In this document: piece after piece, positions 57,904 to 64,000 of the stretch
How the letters are laid out: each line of letters starts with the position of its first letter
How positions within the stretch are numbered: the stretch's first letter is position 1
NCBI RefSeq assembly: GCF_018977255.1
Contig: NW_024704742.1
Coordinates: forward strand, 50,098,001 to 50,162,000
Length of the DNA: 64,000 nt
Source of the DNA: Callorhinchus milii
Lineage: Eukaryota
Direction of reading: 5' to 3'
The notes under the pieces: generated by a model
What the model was told of the DNA's origin: nothing
What the model saw: the letters and a program-made list of their open reading frames with translations, nothing else
Database searches by the model: none
Position numbers and translations under genes: made by a program

Positions 57904-59046
57904 CGTTGTATGCATGTGTTTATTTTTCTTGGCAGATTTTCCACGAGAGACCTGAGAGAACACCTTCTGGAAATCCAAACTGTGCTGGTATTTCCCATCT
58001 GTAGTACTAAGGCAGATTTTGCCAAGCGGAAGTGAGGGGAATGTTAAAATGTGCCATTTGTGCAATGGAATGCAATGTCTATCAAAACTACCTTCTGTAC
58101 TAATTGTTTCACTTTTAAAAAATAATAAAGAAAACACTTAAAAGCAATAAATAATTCTCATTATCACTACAAACATTTTAATAACTTAATTTTTCAAATC
58201 TTGTAACTATTTCATGAATAACCTTAATTTAGGGGTAATTCTCACATTACATTTTGCACTTTTCACATTTTGGGTAAATATCAAATTAAATTGATATCCT
58301 CAACTTGCCCAAGATCCTCCCAGCGCCTAATGTCACAATCCCACTGAACCTACACATCTCACATCTGTGTCCACATGCTCATGCAAATTAAAACACAGCA
58401 AATGAACTACTAATTGTGCCATCTGCTTCTATCTGAACTTTGGTGTCCCTCAGTGTGACCTAATCGCTTTAAATAATTATGTTGAAAACTAGGTCATGTA
58501 CCTCGTCAACGCACATATTAACTTCTGCACCAGAACTGCTGCTACAGTGTTTACAATACATTGTGCCATAAATTCTGAAAACAGATGATTTGGATAACAC
58601 AGGTCTATGTAGTCTTGGCTGTCCCATCAATACTGGTGATGTGCTGTCAGTGTTGTCTTTTAGCTGAGATGTTAAGCCAAGATCCTGCCTGTTCAGATGG
58701 ATATTAAAAATCTCATTCCATTTGAAAAAGGGAAGAGAGTTTCGCCTGGTGTCTGGCCAACAACCCCCCAGATAAAATTGGTCATTCACTTACTGGCTGT
58801 TTGTGGGACATTGTTGTGCGCAAACTGTCTGACAGATTCCCCTACAAAATACAATCACACTTTACAGCATATGCAGTGAAATGCTTTGCGACGTCCTCAG
58901 AACGTGAAAGTTGTTATATTGAATGTAAAGATTATGATTGTTAGGATTTATAAAACATATGTGATATATATGATTCAGAATCTCCCTGAGTATAGGACAT
59001 ATTGTGGTTGAAAGTGTAAGTCAATGCACTGAATGTGTTTTTCTCT

Positions 59047-59476
59047 TTGCTGTTGAAAATGCAATTTGCTACCAAATTCAAACCCATGTCGGTTAAAAAA
59101 TACAAAGAAAAATATGCAATTCAAAAGGTTAGCAATGGCTGTTTTGCAGCCAGAGGATAGTTTTCAACCTTTTGTTGAACTGTTCAGGCCTTTTCTTTAC
59201 CCCACAATGACCTGGTAGTAAAACCCGGCAAGTGATCACCAACGAGAAGTCAAATTTAGACATCTCGGGACAATTCTCGAATAAGAGAAAATGTGAAAAG
59301 TCTGACAAAGGTTGAAAAGCAAAATACCAACTGCAAATTAAACATTGCCACTTTTAAGGTCAGCGATTGTTATGTGAATTTGGCACTAAATTTGGTAGCG
59401 AATCACACCATATCAGATGCAAAATAGAAGTCACAAGTTGCACACGTTGCAATTGTTGCCTTTTCAACCTCAGCAA
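59047..59476. mobile_element. Degenerate palindromic element
   Basis: Three nested pairs of inverted arms. Confidence 0.5.
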
Positions 59477-59764
59477 TGTAGGCCCTATATAACTGTTAAA
59501 GTGATCCGTACATTAATAATCACCACTGACGAGGAAGAAAACTGTACTGATGGAAACTGTTCTAATAATGGATTTGGGACTGACTCTTACTTAATAGAAT
59601 GATTTCTTCTTTCAGGATTGAAATGCCGCCTTTCTTTAATTCAGCAAGGAGCCTGATTTATCCATTCACAGCTACCAAAATAACTTTTCAATTTAAATTG
59701 CTACTTTTAAACTAATTTTAGGCTCGAGTTTTGCGTAGGAAGGTGAAATCCACTTTCTCCCCAA

Positions 59765-60050
59765 TAACAAATTACATTTGTATAGCGCCTTTCATTTCGG
59801 GAGGAGGTCCCAAGGCGCTGGATAGTCAGGGATTTTGACACGAGGAGTGGGTTGGCATCAAGGAGGGTGGAGGGCAGGGAGGGGAGGGATAGGAGGGTGA
59901 CCGAAGGTACAGTCGAAGAGGAGGGTCTTGAGATGTGCCTTGAAGGAGGCAAGAGAGGGAGCAAGGTGAAGAGACTCTGGGATGGTGTTATAAAGGGTGG
60001 GGGCAGAGAGGCTGAAGGCCCAACTGCCGATGATTGGGCGGGTGAGGGAT
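59765..60050 (-). mobile_element. L2 3' fragment; another at about 63370-63570
   Basis: SLASFKAHLKTLLFD; L2 tail. Confidence 0.85.
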
Positions 60051-60539
60051 ATAGAGCAGGCCGGAGCCCAATTAAAAGCTTTTCTTGATCCTATGTGATG
60101 TTGTCCTGTCACAGTAAGACAGAGTCAATAGGAAAGTTATCCATTGCAACTACTTACAAGAATTTCTAGAATGAGACTCGTTACCTGTTAAGAAGAGTGA
60201 CTCGTAAAGCAGAGTCCTTTATTAACATTTTGAATGAGAAGCGACTAGGATATTGACAGCATAGCTACTTAACCAGTAGTGATAAGTTAGCACAGGGTCT
60301 TGTTACCAGGAGAACTGCAATTTTGACCCCAAATTGTTGCTGAACTCTGTTCTGTTCAACTAACTCTGTTTCAATGCTTATTACACTGGTTACTCATTCC
60401 TGTATCTGATAAGATGCAGTATTTCTTTTTCTAATAATACAGCAGAGTATAAACCAACAGCAGAAAGAAATTAAGAAATATTTTGCCTGAGTTTTGACAG
60501 AGGAAGGAATGTTTGTAATATAGAAATATCAGAAGATCA

Positions 60540-61150
60540 TATTGAGAAAAGGATAGAATTTGTAGAGTTTAAAAAAGTGGTGGTGGAAAAAAATGGATAA
60601 TGGGGTTTGTATTGAATCAATCTTCATGTCTCAATGGGATGTGTCCTAAAATCCTGAGGAAAGTCAATGATGAACTAAGAGCTCCGAGACGCAACCCATA
60701 TGAAGAGAGTTATATAAATGCAAGTTGTTGAAATAATAGTCTCTGACAATTATTTTCCAGAAGTCTGTAGATACAGAGATTGTGCCAGAGGATTCAAAAG
60801 TTGCAAATATTCAATCCATTATTTAAGAAAGGACGAGCCAGGGAACTATAAGCCAATGAGTCTCATATCAATTTTAGGAAAGCAGCTCATAATAAGGAAT
60901 GATGTTGTGGAACAATTAAAAAAGGTGGCACTGATAAGGGATATCTAGGTTAGGAAGATGGGAAGAGAAGATTGTGCATGAATAATTTAATTGAATTCTT
61001 TGAAGAGGTAACCAAGAATGTGAATAAGAGATGTACAGTACACGTTACTTGGTTCTTAGGAAAGCGTTAGGTCGCACATAAGAGATTTATAGCCAAAATT
61101 CTGGCACATAGAATAGATAGAATATTAGCAAAGTGGTTAGTGGAATGGTT
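60540..61150 (+). mobile_element. Degraded CR1 RT-region fragment
   Basis: EPGNYKPMSLISILGK; CMNNLIEFFEEVT. Confidence 0.75.
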
Positions 61151-62049
61151 CAAACACAAGTGGCCGAGAGTGGGAATTGAGACACATTTTTCCAAAAATT
61201 AGACAAGCACAGACAGAGGAAGCATATTTGATGGTATAGGCCACATGTAGTAAATTGGAATTAGGATGAATAGCTTCTGGGAAGAGCAAACACTGACACA
61301 AATAAATGGGCTGAATAGCGATTTACTGATTCATACATTTCTACTGATAATGGTGGTGAATAAAATACAAGTTTAGAAATAGAATGAGAACCGTGTTTTT
61401 GTTCTCAGTGACCTTTGTTCTCTTTGTTCTTCTAATCTGGACTGGAAATAAAATTCTCCTTAATGGCATTTGAGTGAAAGCACTGAGCTCCTTGTTGCCA
61501 TGAATCCAATAAACGAGATGTCTTCAAATCCAACATAACTCACATGAATTCAGCAACCACCTCAGAGAAGCTGGAAATTATACGCAGTTGGAGAAATGAA
61601 AAGCCATGGCAGTGCAGCAGAGATAGCAATAATAATAATGCTGCAACCGAGTTAATAAGTTTTAAATGGCACAACATGCTTCCTATGCTTGAGCGGGAAA
61701 TGATGCACCAATCGCACTGCCTTTTATTCATTGTGTGTAAAGAAGAAGCACGAATCGACAGTCACTAATGTTATTTGTAATATATGTATTGATTATCTAG
61801 CTTTCTGTGTATTGTAAGCTGAACTTTGAGACATTTTGACAACATAAGGTTCTATAAATAATCAAGGATTATTATTAATCATTTAAAATGTGAGCAGTGA
61901 ATAAGCTGCCTAGAATTTTGTACTTTAAATTCTGTCAAAATGGAACCCCACTATTTCAGTCCCCCAATAATTGAGTAATTGAAATAAATATCAACACTTT
62001 CAATTAAAAAACAAATTTGGCATCAAATGTGTTCATGTTATGCCTAGGT

Positions 62050-62730
62050 TCCCAGTGCGCAACCTAGGTGTCCAGTTCGTCCTCCAACTGTCCTTCTCTG
62101 ACTATCACTGCCTTCTTCCACCTCCGCCACATTGTCTGCCTCCGACCGTACCTTACCCCAAATGCTGCCGAAACCCTCCTGCATGCGTTTGTCGCCTCCC
62201 GCCTGAATTACTCAAACGCACTCCTCGCCAGTCTCCCCAGCTCCACCATTCACAAGATCAGCTCATTCAGAACACTGCTGCCTGCATACTGACCAGGACC
62301 AAACCCCATACCCACATTTCACCAGTTCTGACCAGGCTCCACTGGCTCCACATCACCGAACGGATCGAAGTAAAGATCCTCACACTCGTATTCAAATCCC
62401 TTCACTCCCTGGCACCTCCCTCCCTCTCCGACCTCCTCACTCCCCAATCCACCATCCAGCGCCTCCACTCAACTGGCAACCAACTCCTGCTCATCCCTCG
62501 CACGCTCTGCCCCACCATTGGTTGTGCTTTCAGCCACTACACCCCAAAACTCTGAACACTCTCCCTCAATCCCTCCACCTTGTCCCCTCTCTCACCTCTT
62601 TCAAGTCCTGCCTGAAAACTTTTATGTTCGACCGTGCTTATGGCCACCTCTCCACTCCCTCTGGCTCAGAGACAGGCTCTGCCACTGTTAAGCACTTTGT
62701 AATGCTACCCTGCATGGAGGGTGCTATATA
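62050..62730 (+). mobile_element. L2 3' fragment
   Basis: AETLLHAFVASRLNYSNALLASLP; LHWLHITERIEVKIL. Confidence 0.9.
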
Positions 62731-62734
62731 AGGA

Positions 62735-63059
62735 GGAGTTCTGTAGCTCAGTGGTTAAAACACTCGCTTTGCAAGTGAGAGACCTGAGTTCAATTCCTGG
62801 TAGGGCGAAACCTTGGGCAAGTTTCCTTACTCCACACGCCTAATAATAATCCCTCCAACAAACAAAACAATAATAAATTGGTCATTTTCAATCCACGACT
62901 GTTTGTGGGACATTGCTGTGCGCAATTGGCTGCCGCGTTCGGCCACAAATATACAGTCAATTCACTTTACAGTATATTCTGTGAAGCGCTTTGGGACATC
63001 TAGAAGACGTGAAAAGCGCTATATCAAATGCAAGGAATATTATTATTATTATTATTATT
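62735..63059 (+). mobile_element. Young tRNA-Deu SINE inserted in an L2 tail
   Basis: A and B boxes, Deu core, (TAT)n tail, TATAAG flanking duplication. Confidence 0.92.
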
Positions 63060-63142
63060 GTTATTTATAAGAGCAAGTAGTTGTTGTTGGCCAAAGTAAC
63101 TACTGAGAGTTGCACAAATCTCAATTTGTTTAACAGTGTGAA

Positions 63143-63368
63143 CTGTGTAACAAGTGAAACATGCAGTATCTGAACATTTGATACTCACAATACCTGGACG
63201 AGTCATACACAGAATATCTGAACAATTGATACACCCAAGTCAAACAAACAGTCCCTGAACAATTAATATACACCATATCTGAATAAGGGATTCACACATT
63301 ACCTACACAAGTGATACACAACATAATACCTGAACAGTGATACACACTGTACCTGAACAATGAGACAA
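63143..63368. repeat. Degenerate minisatellite with a unit of about 24 bp
   Basis: About 8-9 units resembling tacctgaacaagtgatacacacaa. Confidence 0.75.
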
Positions 63369-64000
63369 TACAATACAAAATTACATTTGTAAAGCGCCTT
63401 TCACGTTGGGAGGATGTCCTAACGCGCTCGACAGGCAGGGATTAGGACCTGAGTTGGTGGTGGTGGGGTGGGAGGAGATCAGGAGGGGCTTGAGGGTGCA
63501 ACTTTAAGAAGGCAAGGAGGGAGCGAGGCAAAGGGAATGTGGGATGGAGTTCCAGAGGGTGGGGGCAGGACAAGGTAATAATAGTAAAACAAGAAGCTAT
63601 GGGAGGGGGAAGTTCAAAACTTAATGTTCCAATCTGCCCTGGTGATAATTATCACATTTGCAGTATGCGATCTGATCACAAGATCAGTTCAGATGAAGCC
63701 CTTCAGCTCATTTGATCTTATCCTTCTAGAACACCCACCTTATGGTGTTCCCATTATATCAACCTTTTCCTTTGCCTGAACCACTCTTCCTACTAACTCA
63801 GTCCAGTTGGTAATCACAATCTTTGTAAAGAAACAGATACTGGATTAATCAGAAAAATAGGAGACAAAGTGGAACATGGAATTTATATTGCTTTGGCAGA
63901 CAGTCATCTAAAATTCTAAAATCAAACAAGCCATTGCAAACAAACTAAAGTGCTTGAATCTTTAACAAAAAAAATTGATCCAACACTGAATGACCTGGAA

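Noticed and set aside
61544..61677. Signal-peptide-like ORF (MLCHLKLINSVAALLLLLSLLHCHG) ending at a GTGAGT donor, as a possible first coding exon
   Set aside because: The Leu run comes from a (TTA)n microsatellite. The phase-2 end does not fit the phase-0 exon at 48884, and the expected intervening exons (LLDGYDNRLRP, VTSFGPVSD) were not found between them.
63143..63368. CRISPR-like array
   Set aside because: Contiguous degenerate units, no spacers, no cas genes, vertebrate intron.

Overview
Eukaryotic, intron-rich vertebrate DNA. The repeat content (Deu-domain SINEs, L2 LINEs with (TTG)n tails, CR1 LINEs, Penelope-type ends) suggests a cartilaginous fish, possibly a chimaera; this is an inference. 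The only host gene is the 3' part of a GABA-A receptor alpha subunit on the minus strand, best read as gabra2. It has six coding exons of 221, 83, 144, 153, 203 and 312 bp (371 aa plus stop), all with GT-AG sites and compatible phases. I could not find the first coding exons, so they probably lie beyond position 64000. Most other ORFs are retrotransposon debris or chance. Highlights: (1) a 121-bp inverted repeat with 4 mismatches brackets the in-frame 144-bp exon, and a third partial copy could compete for pairing, making a candidate RNA-structure splicing, circRNA or editing switch; (2) Tyr replaces the benzodiazepine-site His101; (3) SINEs and L2s insert repeatedly into the same TATA(C/T)A position of other L2 or SINE copies; (4) there are perfect local inverted duplications. 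No prokaryotic-type system or CRISPR array is present. Repeat boundaries were read by eye and are approximate.
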